Shown in pieces: positions 1 to 9,054 of a stretch of DNA of 64,000 nt; position 1 is the first letter of the stretch, and the number at the start of each line of letters is the position of its first letter. The stretch lies in contig CAVTZS010000015.1 in NCBI GenBank assembly GCA_963739295.1, positions 13,574-77,573 of the forward strand. The letters are read 5' to 3'. Made by a program: the position numbers and the translations under genes. Below the pieces are notes generated by a model that made no database searches, had not been told where the DNA came from, and worked only from the letters and a program-made list of their open reading frames with translations. This DNA is from an uncultured delta proteobacterium. GTDB lineage: Bacteria > Desulfobacterota > Desulfobaccia > Desulfobaccales > 0-14-0-80-60-11.

Positions 1-1025
1 GAGGGGCCCTTGAAGGAGACGCTCTCAATGACGTCCGGGTATAAGGTGCCCTGGGCCAGGTATTCCACCCCCCCCAGTTTATCGGCCTCCGCGGCAAAGA
101 TGCGGATGAATTCATGGCCGATCGGACCCGCTTTTCTTCCGGGTCGGTGACCCCTTTAAGCAGTTGCAAGAAATCCTGCGCGGCGTCCACATGTATCAGA
201 TTCAGGTGATGGTGGTCCCGGAAGAGATGAAGCACCTCCTCCGCTTCCCCTCGGCGCAGCAAGCCGTTGTTCACGAAGATGCAGGTGAGGCGGTCGCCCA
301 CGGCCCGGTGCAGCAGCACCGCAGTGACGGAGGAATCCACCCCGCCGGACAGGGCGCAGATGACCCGCCCCTCTCCCACCTGCTGGCGGATGGATTGGGT
401 GGTGGCTTCAATAAAGGAACGCATGGTCCACAGGGGCTGAAGCCCGCAGATGCGAAAGAGAAAATTGGCCAGGATCTCCTTGCCCTGGGGAGTATGCTGC
501 ACCTCCGGGTGAAACTGTACTCCATAGAGTTTGCGGTGCTCATCCCGGACCGCCCCCACCTGACAGGTATCGCTGAAACCGATGACCTCAAAGCCCGGGG
601 CTAGCTGTTCCACCTTATCGCCGTGGCTCATCCACACGGTTTCGCTGCGATTAAGGCCATAGAAGAGGTCTTTAAAATCGGTGCAGGTAAAGGATTTGTG
701 GCCATATTCCCGGTGCGTCGCCGGAGCTACCCGGCCCCCCAGGAGATGGTTGAGGAGCTGAATCCCGTAACAGATGCCCAAAACCGGCACCCCCAGGTCA
801 AACAACGCCGGGTCGATACTGGGTGCCTCAGGCTCATAGACGCTGCGGGGCCCCCCAGACAGGATGATGCCCCGGGGCGCGAACTCCCGGATGCGCTCCA
901 AGGGCCATGAGAAACGGATGGATTTCGCAGTAAACTTTAAGTTCCCGCACCCGGCGAGCGATAAGTTGGGTGTACTGGGAGCCGAAATCCAGGATCAGAA
1001 CTTTTTCCTGATGGGGGTCAATCAT
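1..1025 (-). CDS. guaA: GMP synthase (glutamine-hydrolysing); 3' end runs off the left edge; frame broken twice
   Basis: Minus-strand start at 1025 gives [38 protein letters not shown]. Further guaA motifs ([52 protein letters not shown]) are readable only after changing frame near 905-915 and again near 121-131. Confidence 0.85.
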
Positions 1026-1111
1026 CCGGTTTGGGTCGGAGGTTCTAAGTTTTTTAATAAATTAACTAATTATAGCGGCCCAAGGGGAAAAAAGCAAACC
1101 CTAGGGCTTTC

Positions 1112-1138
1112 CCTTTCCGGGGCCGGAGGCCCCGAAGG
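1112..1138. repeat. solitary GC hairpin resembling the central module (GGGGCC-N3-GGCCCC core) of the composite intergenic repeat
   Basis: CCTTTCCGGGGCC-GGA-GGCCCCGAAGG. Confidence 0.4.
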
Positions 1139-1271
1139 CCGCGCCTAGGCTAGATTCCCTTGGGTTTGACAGGAAGGCCGGGGTTACCATTACCATTTGC
1201 CCCTTGATTGGACCGTAGGGGTTGATTGGTGGAGCTTCGTTATTATTTTAAATTCACCAGGAGGATAATCC

Positions 1272-1382
1272 ATGAAAGAGGGGTGGCAATTTCTTTCTTT
1301 TCGGTGGTGGCTGGTGCATTTTCTGGGTCTGGCCCTGGTGTACGCCGCAGGTCGCCTGGCGTCCCTTTGGTTTAAAGGGTGA
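1272..1382 (+). CDS. hypothetical 36-aa hydrophobic peptide
   Basis: ATG preceded by AGGAGGA. Translation is MKEGWQFLSFRWWLVHFLGLALVYAAGRLASLWFKG. It is below the ORF-track size cutoff and was read by hand. Confidence 0.3.
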   Translation: MKEGWQFLSFRWWLVHFLGLALVYAAGRLASLWFKG

Positions 1383-1385
1383 GCG

Positions 1386-1493
1386 GTGATCAGATATCTC
1401 AGGTATGTGCTTTTCCCGAAACCCGGCTGGTTTATCCTCCATGCCCTGGCCATTACCCTGGTGTTCCTGCTGGGCTATACCATCAAGTTTTAG
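1386..1493 (+). CDS. hypothetical 35-aa hydrophobic peptide
   Basis: GTG start 4 nt after the previous stop. Translation is VIRYLRYVLFPKPGWFILHALAITLVFLLGYTIKF. It is co-oriented with 1272 and 1503. Confidence 0.25.
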   Translation: MIRYLRYVLFPKPGWFILHALAITLVFLLGYTIKF

Positions 1494-1502
1494 GGTAAAT
1501 CT

Positions 1503-1898
1503 GTGAAAGCGCAGCGCCATCTACTCTGGGTGGCCCTGGTGCTCCTGGCCCTGGGCGGCACCCTGCTCCATTTCCGAATCCATCCTCCTTCTAAAGGTCT
1601 TACCTACCTCTGGCCCAACCTCTTTGGCTGGGTGGACCTGGTGCTGGTCAGCCTTTTGTTCCTAAACCGAAGCACCGCCATCCTGGGACTGCTGCTGAAC
1701 AGCTTTCTGGCCTTCCTGGGCATTATCCTGATGGGGGATTTCTCCCTCCATGCCACCCTGGCCGGCACGATTGCAGTCATGCCCCAGAAGAGCCTCTTGG
1801 GCTGGCTGCTAAGTACCACCCTCCCGGATATCTCCATCCTGGTGGTGGACTTCCTGGTGGGACTGGCGCTTTACCGGGCCATCCTGGCGGAACATTGA
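1503..1898 (+). CDS. hypothetical integral membrane protein
   Basis: 131-aa ORF with several long hydrophobic stretches (LLWVALVLLALGGTLL, LVLVSLLFL, LGLLLNSFLAFLGIILMG, ISILVVDFLVGLALY). Confidence 0.5.
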   Translation: MKAQRHLLWVALVLLALGGTLLHFRIHPPSKGLTYLWPNLFGWVDLVLVSLLFLNRSTAILGLLLNSFLAFLGIILMGDFSLHATLAGTIAVMPQKSLLGWLLSTTLPDISILVVDFLVGLALYRAILAEH

Positions 1899-1910
1899 GA
1901 TGGAAGATTT

Positions 1911-2103
1911 TGTGGGGGAGGGCCAGGGAGTTGAACTCCCTGCCCTCCCCCCACGCCCCCCTCCCAACCCGCTTAAGTTGACCCATAGAAGTCGGGGCCT
2001 CAGGCCCCGACTTCTATGGGTCAATTCTAAACATAAGGGGTTGGGGGTGGGGGTGAGGGGGAGGATTGTAAGTGGGCCTGCGGCCCCTGGCCCCCTCCCC
2101 CTC
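1911..2103 (+). repeat. composite intergenic repeat, full-length copy (hp1-hp2-hp3), forward
   Basis: hp1 is GGGGGAGGGCCAGGGAGttgaaCTCCCTGCCCTCCCCCC. hp2 is CCTCCCAACCCGCTTAAG, a 43-nt GC hairpin, then ATAAGGGGTTGGGGG. hp3 is GGGGGAGGATTGTAAGTGGGCCTGCGGCCCCTGGCCCCCTCCCCC. Confidence 0.9.
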
Positions 2104-2108
2104 AATTT

Positions 2109-3459
2109 CTATAACCTCCCCTCAGCCTGCAAGGCGTTTTTCAGGGCCAGGGCCTTTTCGGCCACGGCCATGGGGGTGGGGCCCAGGATGCGGATCATGG
2201 GCTCCTTGCCCACCTCGCCCTTATCGTAGATCAAGTCCGGGGGCGCTTCTCCGGGCTTCAGCACCGAGGCCACGCCCCAGGCCAGGGTGCCGCCTTCTTG
2301 GTCCTTGATTTCGTGCGGCTCCTGAGAACGGTCAAAGCTGGCCAGCCGCAGGTGCAGCAGGGGGGCCAGGCCTTCCAACCCCTCGAGATATTTGATATTC
2401 ATGGCGCACCGGAGGTCCGGGTGGGTTTCCATGGCGGCTAAGATGATGGCGGCGATGTGGCGGGAAGCGCCGAATGCCGGGGGCGCAGGGATGATCAGGC
2501 CCTGGGGGCTTTTCAGCAAGCGGCCTGGAAAGGCCGCCACATCCTGGGGCCCTTCGGGAAAAGGGGTGGCATAGCCCAGATTGGTCATAACTTCCGGCAC
2601 CAGGGACTCAATTCCTTCCTCTTGCAGGCGGGCCGCGGCGATTCGCAAAGACTCCAAGACCTCATAGCGGGACAACTCCCGGGCAAAGGGGGCATAGGGG
2701 TTGACCGGCCCCCGGCCCCGGCCCAGGGGTAGACCATAGCGGAGGGCCTGGGCCGTCAGGCGGCGGGCTTGATTTACCGCCTCCGGCATGGAGAGCCCCA
2801 GGGCCAGACCCGCGGCGCAGGCCGTGGCCAGGGCGCAGCCCGAGCCATGGTTGTGGGGCGCAGGCAGGCGGGCTCCCGGCAGTTGATAAGAATTCTTCCC
2901 ATCGGTGAGGAGGTCCACCGGCTCTCCCGGGCAGGTGGCCACCCTTGGCCAGGACCCAGCGGGGTCCCAGGGCTTGCAGGCGACGGGCCGCTTCTTCCAG
3001 GTGCGAGGGGCTAGTGATTTCCAGACCGGTGAGCCTGGCCGCCTCAAATACATTGGGGGTCAGGAGGTGCGCCAGGGGGAAGAGCTCCTCCCTCAGGGCC
3101 TTGACCCCGGCCTCCTCCAGCAAGGGGGAACCGTCGCTGGCGGCCAGGATGGGGTCCAGCACCAGGGGGAGGGAGAGCTCCTTAAGGAGCCGGGCCACCG
3201 TCTTAACAATCGCGGCCGTGCCCAACATGCCTATCTTGACGGCAGCCACCGGGAAATCACTCACCACCGCTTCCAGCTGGGCGGCCACCACCTCGGGGTC
3301 CACCGGGTGGACTGCCTGAACCCCCTGGCTATTCTGAACGGTTAGGGCGGTAGCCACGGTCAGGCCGTAGGTCCCCATGAGGGTGGCCACCTTCAAATCC
3401 TGCTGCAGGCCCGCGCCCGCGCCCGGATCGGAGCCGGCAATAATCAACACGGTCTTCAT
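2109..3459 (-). CDS. thiDN: ThiD (HMP/HMP-P kinase) fused to a ThiN-type thiamine-phosphate synthase domain; one apparent frameshift near 2925
   Basis: MKTVLIIAGSDPGAGAGLQQDLK...VLAKGGHLPG continues after a 1-nt frame change as EPVDLLTDGKNSYQLPG...HNHGSGCALATACAAGLA. A ThiN-like domain follows (VPEVMTNLGYA, DVAAFPGRL, FGASRHIAAIIL). Span is 1351 nt = 3n+1. Confidence 0.8.
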
Positions 3460-4442
3460 CACATCCTCCGGCCAAAGTGGAGACAACGCCGGGCCTCGCC
3501 TATCAAAGCCCGGCGCCAGTCCCAGGGAAGGTAATCATTTCGAGCAATGCGTAACTCAGCCAAGGCCATGTAAAAGGGGTTGAGAAGTACAAGGCGCTGG
3601 GCCAGGTCCGGGGGCGCCTGAACCGCGTTCAGGTATGAGGAAAAAAGGTGGCGGATGTAAGGTTCGGCCCGGCCCATCTCTCCGGTGCGCCAGCCCCAGG
3701 CGTGCTTCAGTTCGCCCGCCACCCAGGAAAGGTCCCAGAGGCGGTCCCCGATCCTGAGACGCTCCAGGTCCAGGGCCACCACCCGGCCCTCGGGAAAGAG
3801 GAAATTGGTGGGGGTGGCATCGCCGTGGATCAGTACCTGGCGGTCAGGAAATCTGCCCAAGCGGACTTCCCAGGCGACCCTTTCTTTTTCCAGGGCCCCC
3901 TCGTCCTCCGGCGTCAGCAGGCCCAGCCCCCGTAACTGGCCCCTGAGCTTATCCAGGTAATGGAGAGCCGGGTCAGGGGAGACCGGGCCTTCCGGGATGG
4001 GGCGGGTATGGAAGATCGCCAGGAGTTCGCCCAGGTTTTCCAGGCCGCGGTAAAGGAGGTCGCTCCCGCCATTGGCGCAGGCCTGGATCATGAGCTGGTC
4101 CAGGTGGGGGCCGGGTATATCCTCCAGCAGCAGACCCAGGCGCACTTGGGCGCGGCATCCCAGCAGCCGGGGTATCAGGCGCGCCCCCGTGCTCAGCCCC
4201 AAATCTGCGGCCCAGAGATAATTATCATATTCTCGCACCAGGCTCCGATCCCCGGGTGAACGGGGGGGATAGGCGAGGAAGAATTTCCCCACGGCTCGAG
4301 CCCTGCTTTGAGTGCAGACCAAGCGATAGACCTGGCGGGATGAGGGCAAGGGCTCCAGAATTATTTCTTCCGAGGGTGAGCCAGCATTCTCCGTAGGCAG
4401 CAGCTCGCCCAGCGCGCTGGCCAGGGGCTCACCCGCCAGCAA
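3459..4442 (-). CDS. phosphotransferase (APH/choline-kinase-like) family protein
   Basis: Kinase-like motifs HGDATPTNFLF and ALDLERLRIGDRLWDLS. ATGA stop/start overlap with thiDN. Confidence 0.6.
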   Translation of the reverse strand: MLAGEPLASALGELLPTENAGSPSEEIILEPLPSSRQVYRLVCTQSRARAVGKFFLAYPPRSPGDRSLVREYDNYLWAADLGLSTGARLIPRLLGCRAQVRLGLLLEDIPGPHLDQLMIQACANGGSDLLYRGLENLGELLAIFHTRPIPEGPVSPDPALHYLDKLRGQLRGLGLLTPEDEGALEKERVAWEVRLGRFPDRQVLIHGDATPTNFLFPEGRVVALDLERLRIGDRLWDLSWVAGELKHAWGWRTGEMGRAEPYIRHLFSSYLNAVQAPPDLAQRLVLLNPFYMALAELRIARNDYLPWDWRRALIGEARRCLHFGRRM

Positions 4443-4448
4443 ATCGGC

Positions 4449-5210
4449 TCATGGCCGGCCCCGGTCAAGGTGGCTCTGGGCCTCCAGGCAGCACCCCAGA
4501 GCGCCGTTGAACTGGGGGTGGGGGGGCACCGTGACCTGAAAATCGCTCCGTTCCGAAAGGAGCTGCACCACCGCCCGGTTTTGGGCCACTCCGCCCACAA
4601 AGACCAGGGTGCGGCAGGGGTAGCGGCGCACCATGGTCAGGGCCCGGCGAGCCACCGAGGCGTTGACCCCCGCGGCGATGCGGGCCGGGTCCACCCCTTC
4701 CAGGAGATGGCCGATGAGTTCACTTTCGCCAAAGATGGCACAGGTCTGGGAAATGTCCACCGGGTCCTGGGAGGCCGTGGCAAACTCAGTGAGGGGCATT
4801 TTTAAAAACCGCGCCATATTTTCCAGATAGCGGCCGGTGCCCGCGGCGCACCGGTCGTTGGTGAGAAAGTCAAACACCCGACCGTCTTTGATGTACAGCA
4901 CCTTGGTGTCCTGACCCCCCACTTCCAGGAGAATAAAATGGTTAAGCCCGGTCTGCTGGCGAGCCCCCAGGAAATGGGCCCGGATCTCGGTGATAGTGGG
5001 AAAATAATCCTGGAGCAGCTTCTTGCCATAGCCGGTGACTACCAGGGCCTCCGGTGGGGCCAGGCCCAGGCGCTCCCAATCAACGGCCAGGCCGCCATCT
5101 ATTCGGGCCAGATAATCCCGATAAAAAATAAGACTGTCCAACTGGCGCCGGCCAAAACCTCCCTCCCCCTTGGCATAAACCAGCTTGACAAACCGGCTGC
5201 CAAAGTCCAA
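4449..5210 (-). CDS. BadF/BadG/BcrA/BcrD-type ATPase (acyl-CoA dehydratase activase-like); start uncertain
   Basis: LGLDFGSRFVKLV, EVGGQDTKV, NDRCAAGTGRYLE and VFVGGVAQN. The first ~77 aa of the track ORF (4449..5450) are a translation of a repeat copy, so a TTG/CTG start near 5210-5216 is assumed. Confidence 0.7.
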   Translation of the reverse strand: MDFGSRFVKLVYAKGEGGFGRRQLDSLIFYRDYLARIDGGLAVDWERLGLAPPEALVVTGYGKKLLQDYFPTITEIRAHFLGARQQTGLNHFILLEVGGQDTKVLYIKDGRVFDFLTNDRCAAGTGRYLENMARFLKMPLTEFATASQDPVDISQTCAIFGESELIGHLLEGVDPARIAAGVNASVARRALTMVRRYPCRTLVFVGGVAQNRAVVQLLSERSDFQVTVPPHPQFNGALGCCLEAQSHLDRGRP

Positions 5211-5231
5211 CCCCAGGGCGGAGGGAGAGTG

Positions 5232-5418
5232 GTGGGGGGAGGGCCAGGGAGCTGAGCTCCCTGCCCTCCCCCCAGTTCCCCCTCCCAACCCGCGGATGGG
5301 GCTGGGGGAAGCGGGGCCAACGGCCCCGCTTCCCCCAGCCCAAAAAATATCAAGGGATTGGGGGTGGGGGTTTGGGGGAGGATTGTCAGGGGGCCTGCGA
5401 CCCCTGGCCCCCTCCCCC
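5232..5418 (+). repeat. composite intergenic repeat, full-length copy, forward
   Basis: Same three-module architecture as 1911-2103, with a different but self-complementary hp2 tip (GGGCTGGGGGAAGCGGGGCCaacGGCCCCGCTTCCCCCAGCCC). Confidence 0.9.
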
Positions 5419-5427
5419 AAGTCTTTA

Positions 5428-6432
5428 CTACGGCCGCAGGACATCGACAAAGGCCTCCAGGCGCATGCGGGTGCGGGAATCCAGGGGTGTGGGGCGGTCC
5501 CCTTCGATGGTCAAAATGGGTACTGGCAAGCGCTCCCGGAGCATCTGGTCAAACATCTGGCGGAAGCAAAAGCTCTGGGTGTAATGCACCAATCCGTCCA
5601 GGCGGCGCCTGGCCACCGCCTCCTCCAGATCCGCCAGACGCCCGAAAATATCGTAAGGATAAGTGTAATGGAGATATTGATCCACCAGATCCAGTTCCGG
5701 ATGGGGCATACTGAATTGCCGGGGGATTTCATGGAAGACCACGGCCGCCCCCAATTCTTCCAGGTAGTTCCACAGGTCGGTGAAGATGGGGGGGATGCCC
5801 GCAAATCCCAGGCGGACCCGGGCCGGGTGAGGCGGGCGTCCCTCTGCCTCCTCAAGAAAACTTGCCACCTTGCGAGAAAACGCCTCCACCTCGGATTCAA
5901 AATCCGAGCTGGCAATGAGAAACTTAAAATTCTCCTGGCCCCGCACCTGGCCCGACTCCCAGGTGAGGCGATCCAGGCGGCGCAAATCCCGGCGCAGAGG
6001 TTTAAGCCGGGCCTGAACCCGGGCCACCTCCGCCTCCTGGGTGCCCAGGCGAGCCATCAGGGCGGTTATCTCTTGATGCAGTTGCTCTCGGTCTTTGGGG
6101 TAGGGAAATTTGAAATGGATGACCTCTCGCCCCTGGGCCTCCAGGATTTCTCCCAGGGCCTGGGTGTAGGAGCAATCTCCCTGGCAGGCGACGATGACCA
6201 CCTGAATTTCCGGGTGGCCTTGAAGCGCCGCGTAGATGCCTTTGACCCAGGCGCAGATGGTGCGGGGAAAGCCCGCGCCTTCCGCGTCGCTCACCCGGCG
6301 GTAGGCCTCGGGTTCGCCAATGAACACATTATTCAGGTCCACCGGCACCAGCCCCGCGGCCAGTACCACCTCCACCGGAATGGTGGTGGTCAAGCCCACT
6401 TTGGTGCCGGGAGGGTAAGTTTTATGTTTCAT
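5428..6432 (-). CDS. 2-hydroxyacyl-CoA dehydratase family protein
   Basis: 334-aa ORF with family-typical segments (TTTIPVEVVLAAGLVPVDL, VVIVACQGDCSYT, HYTQSFCFRQ). It lies directly upstream of the activase-like gene. Confidence 0.7.
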   Translation of the reverse strand: MKHKTYPPGTKVGLTTTIPVEVVLAAGLVPVDLNNVFIGEPEAYRRVSDAEGAGFPRTICAWVKGIYAALQGHPEIQVVIVACQGDCSYTQALGEILEAQGREVIHFKFPYPKDREQLHQEITALMARLGTQEAEVARVQARLKPLRRDLRRLDRLTWESGQVRGQENFKFLIASSDFESEVEAFSRKVASFLEEAEGRPPHPARVRLGFAGIPPIFTDLWNYLEELGAAVVFHEIPRQFSMPHPELDLVDQYLHYTYPYDIFGRLADLEEAVARRRLDGLVHYTQSFCFRQMFDQMLRERLPVPILTIEGDRPTPLDSRTRMRLEAFVDVLRP

Positions 6433-6456
6433 AAGATAAATTTATAGTTTTCTGCC

Positions 6457-6577
6457 TGGGAAGGCGGGCTTTCAGCCCGACTTCCCAAAATCCCTGACGC
6501 AGATGGAAGGGTATGGGGGGAGGGCGGGTCAGGGGCGGTTCGGCGAACCGCCCCTACGCCCCTGGCCCTCCCCCCAC
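6457..6577. repeat. composite intergenic repeat, partial copy with nested palindrome
   Basis: An hp2-like hairpin TGGGAAGGCGGGCtttcaGCCCGACTTCCCA is followed by GGGGGGAGGGC...GCCCTCCCCCC arms. The arms enclose AGGGGCGGTTCGgCGAACCGCCCCT. Confidence 0.8.
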
Positions 6578-6580
6578 ATC

Positions 6581-7282
6581 TTATTCGCCCCTCCCAGGCC
6601 GTTGCCCGAAGATGGCGGTGCCCACCCGCACCAGGGTAGCCCCTTCCTCCACCGCCACCTCAAAGTCCCCGGACATGCCCATGGAAAGTTCGTTCAGGGG
6701 ACTGTCGGTTACCCCCCGGCGCCGCAGCCGGTCCCGGAGTTCTCTCAGCGCCCGGTAAAAAGGACGGACCCTTTCCGGGTCGGCAAAGTAAGGGGGCATG
6801 GTCATCAAGCCCAGCAGGCGCAAATGGGGGAGTCGGGAAATCTCCCGAACCAGGTCCGGCACCTCCTCCGGCGGGGCCCCGGATTTGGACGCCTCTCCGG
6901 CCAGGTTAACCTCGACGAGGATTTCTTGAATCTTATCAAGGCGGGCCGCGGCCTGCTCCAGGGCCTGGGCCAATTTTACCCGGTCCACGGAGTGGATCAG
7001 CTCAAAGAGCTCCACCACGGCCCTGGCCTTGTTGGTCTGCAGGTGGCCCACGAAGTGCCAGTTCACCCCCGGCCCCAGGGCCAGGATCTTGCCTCTGGCC
7101 TCCTGGAGATAATTCTCTCCGAAGAGGCGCTGGTCCGCGGCCACCGCCTCTTTCAGAAGTTCGCCGGGCACCGTCTTGCTCACCGCCACCAAGCGCACCT
7201 CCGCCGGGTCCCGGCCCACGGCCCGGGCCGCGGCCGCCAGGCGCTGTCTCACTTCCTCCAGGTTCCGGGCAATCTGGCTCAT
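6581..7282 (-). CDS. yggS: YggS-family pyridoxal-phosphate homeostasis protein
   Basis: RLVAVSKT, FGENYLQE, WHFVGHLQTNK, LSMGMSGDFEVAVEEGATLVRVGTAIFG. Confidence 0.85.
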   Translation of the reverse strand: MSQIARNLEEVRQRLAAAARAVGRDPAEVRLVAVSKTVPGELLKEAVAADQRLFGENYLQEARGKILALGPGVNWHFVGHLQTNKARAVVELFELIHSVDRVKLAQALEQAAARLDKIQEILVEVNLAGEASKSGAPPEEVPDLVREISRLPHLRLLGLMTMPPYFADPERVRPFYRALRELRDRLRRRGVTDSPLNELSMGMSGDFEVAVEEGATLVRVGTAIFGQRPGRGE

Positions 7283-7297
7283 ATTAGGTGTAGGTTA

Positions 7298-7342
7298 TGG
7301 GGGAGGGGGCTAAGGGCCTCAGGCCCCTGGCCCTCCCCCCAC
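7298..7342. repeat. composite intergenic repeat, solo hairpin derivative
   Basis: TGGGGGAGGGGGCTAAGGGCCtcaGGCCCCTGGCCCTCCCCCCAC. It contains the tatD stop codon. Confidence 0.8.
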
Positions 7343-8137
7343 AATCTCTTCCTCCGGCCTCCCGTCCAGGCCGAAGGCGGTCAGGGTATTTTGCCAGGTC
7401 TGGCTGGCCACTTCTTCCAGGGAGAGGTCCAGGATTTGCGCCAGTTGTTGGGCCGTGGCCCTGACGTAGGCCGGCTCATTGCGTTTCCCCCGCCAGGGCT
7501 GGGGAGGCAGATAGGGACAATCGGTCTCCACCAGCACTCGATCCAGGGGCAGTCTTTGGGCCACCTGGCGCAGAGCCTCCGCCTTGGGATAGGTGAGGGT
7601 GCCGGAGAAGGACAGGTACAGGCCCAGGTCCAGGAAGGCCTGGGCTTCTTCCAGGCTGCCGCCGAAGCAGTGCATCACCCCACCCCAAAGCCGGCTGCGG
7701 TATTCCCGGAGGATGGCCAGGGTGGCGCTGGTTGCCTCCCGGGTGTGAACCACCACGATTTTTTTCAGTCCATAAGCCCATTCCAGTTGCCGGCGAAACC
7801 AATGCTCCTGCACCGCCTCGGGGGCGCGGCGGCGATAGAAATCGAGGCCGGTCTCGCCCACGGCCACTACCTTGGGATCGGCGGCCAGGGAACTTAGGGC
7901 CTCCAAATCCTGGTCCTTGAGAGACCCCACCCCATGGGGATGAACCCCGATGGTGGCAAAGACCCCGGAGCACTTCCGGGCCGTGTTCAGGACCTGGCGG
8001 GATTGGTTTAAGCCGATCCCCACATTGATAATCAAAGCCACCCCAGCCTCCCGGGCCCGCTGCAACACCTCCCCTTGGTCGGGTTGGAGCTCCGGCAGAT
8101 CCAGGTGGGCATGGGCGTCAGCCAGGCGCATGGTCAT
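7319..8137 (-). CDS. tatD: TatD-family metal-dependent hydrolase
   Basis: MTMRLADAHAHLDLPE, GVHPHG, VAVGETGLDFYR, HTREA, ETDCPYLPP. The internal Met at 8137 is preferred over the track start at 8203. Confidence 0.8.
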   Translation of the reverse strand: MTMRLADAHAHLDLPELQPDQGEVLQRAREAGVALIINVGIGLNQSRQVLNTARKCSGVFATIGVHPHGVGSLKDQDLEALSSLAADPKVVAVGETGLDFYRRRAPEAVQEHWFRRQLEWAYGLKKIVVVHTREATSATLAILREYRSRLWGGVMHCFGGSLEEAQAFLDLGLYLSFSGTLTYPKAEALRQVAQRLPLDRVLVETDCPYLPPQPWRGKRNEPAYVRATAQQLAQILDLSLEEVASQTWQNTLTAFGLDGRPEEEIVGGGPGA

Positions 8138-8212
8138 ATCTTTAAGCTTATGGACGAATGTTCCCTTGCATGGTAAAATAAACAAAATTTCGGCGCCCTG
8201 CAAGGAGAGGCG

Positions 8213-9043
8213 GTGATTTCCAGGGTTTTTGGGATTTTTCTGATGTGCTGGGCTTACTTGGGGGTGCCCTCATTAGCGGTGGCCGAGGATTGGGGCCACA
8301 CCCCACCCAAATGGCAGGTTTTGAGCCGGGGCCTAAGTTTTTCTCTGGTGGAGGTGCTGCGGGACGGGGAAGAGGTGGGATACTTGGCCGTGGTGAAGAT
8401 AGACCCCGCCACTAATGCCTTCCGGGTCTTCCACCACGCGCCTAAGGCCATTACCGACTGGCAGAAAGAACTGAAGGCAGCCGTGGTATTCAATGCCTCC
8501 TATTATAGCCCCGATGGGAAACCTTGCGGCCTCATCCTGGCAGATGGCAAGCCCGTGGGACCGGCGCGCAATCCGCAAATGCGGGGTATGTTTGTGGCGG
8601 AACCCAAAGGCATGTCCCCGGATTTACCCCGGGCCACCATTCTCGACCTGACCCTCACTCGGGTCTCACCCCAGAATCTGCCCTGGAGCCAGGGGGTGCA
8701 ATCCTTCCCCCTGTTGCTGGATTCCCAGGGGCGCATTCGGGTGCGCCAGAGTGAGAAAACCGCTCCCCGCAGCGTCATCGCCACGGACCGCCAGGGCAAC
8801 ATCCTGGTCTTTAATACCAATAACGGTTATTTTACCTTATATGATTTGGCCCAATTTCTGAAAGAAAGCGACTTTGAGGTGGACACCGCGCTCAATCTGG
8901 ATGGCGGCAGCGAGGCGCAGCTTTATATCAAGGTCAAAGACTTCGAGCACTTCTCTCCCACCTATTGGGAGACGCAGATTGGCAGCTTCATAGATCGGAA
9001 GCAGTTTGAGTTGCCCACGGTGGTGGCAGTATTTCCCCGTTGA
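8213..9043 (+). CDS. phosphodiester glycosidase family (DUF2233/NAGPA-like) protein with N-terminal signal-like segment
   Basis: Hydrophobic N-terminus VFGIFLMCWAYLGVPSLAVA. C-terminal ALNLDGGSEAQLYI is typical of the family. Confidence 0.6.
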   Translation: MISRVFGIFLMCWAYLGVPSLAVAEDWGHTPPKWQVLSRGLSFSLVEVLRDGEEVGYLAVVKIDPATNAFRVFHHAPKAITDWQKELKAAVVFNASYYSPDGKPCGLILADGKPVGPARNPQMRGMFVAEPKGMSPDLPRATILDLTLTRVSPQNLPWSQGVQSFPLLLDSQGRIRVRQSEKTAPRSVIATDRQGNILVFNTNNGYFTLYDLAQFLKESDFEVDTALNLDGGSEAQLYIKVKDFEHFSPTYWETQIGSFIDRKQFELPTVVAVFPR

Positions 9044-9054
9044 GGTTTGAGGGC

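Noticed and set aside
1900-2229. Short ORFs translating to WGEGQG / PPPNP / GLRPLAPSP-type peptides (for example 1900..2229, 14639..14824, 21321..21602, 26330..26515, 36925..37170, 62125..62538)
   Set aside because: They are translations of the composite intergenic repeat in various frames and orientations. The recurring peptide similarity reflects the DNA repeat, not a protein family.
3460-3600. TPP riboswitch upstream of thiDN
   Set aside because: thiDN overlaps the upstream kinase gene (ATGA), so there is no leader. Nothing TPP-like was seen upstream of 6432 either.
6503-7897. 464-aa plus-strand ORF, with similar long ORFs at 5185..6447 (+), 26465..27793 (+), 42590..43492 (-), 51713..52894 (-), 53183..54346 (-), 164..604 (+) and 22540..23037 (+)
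   Set aside because: Each lies antisense to a gene with clear family motifs (yggS/tatD, dehydratase, apgM, cydA, prfB, dsbD, guaA, livG). Each has a G/P/R/H-rich low-complexity translation typical of shadow ORFs in GC-rich DNA.
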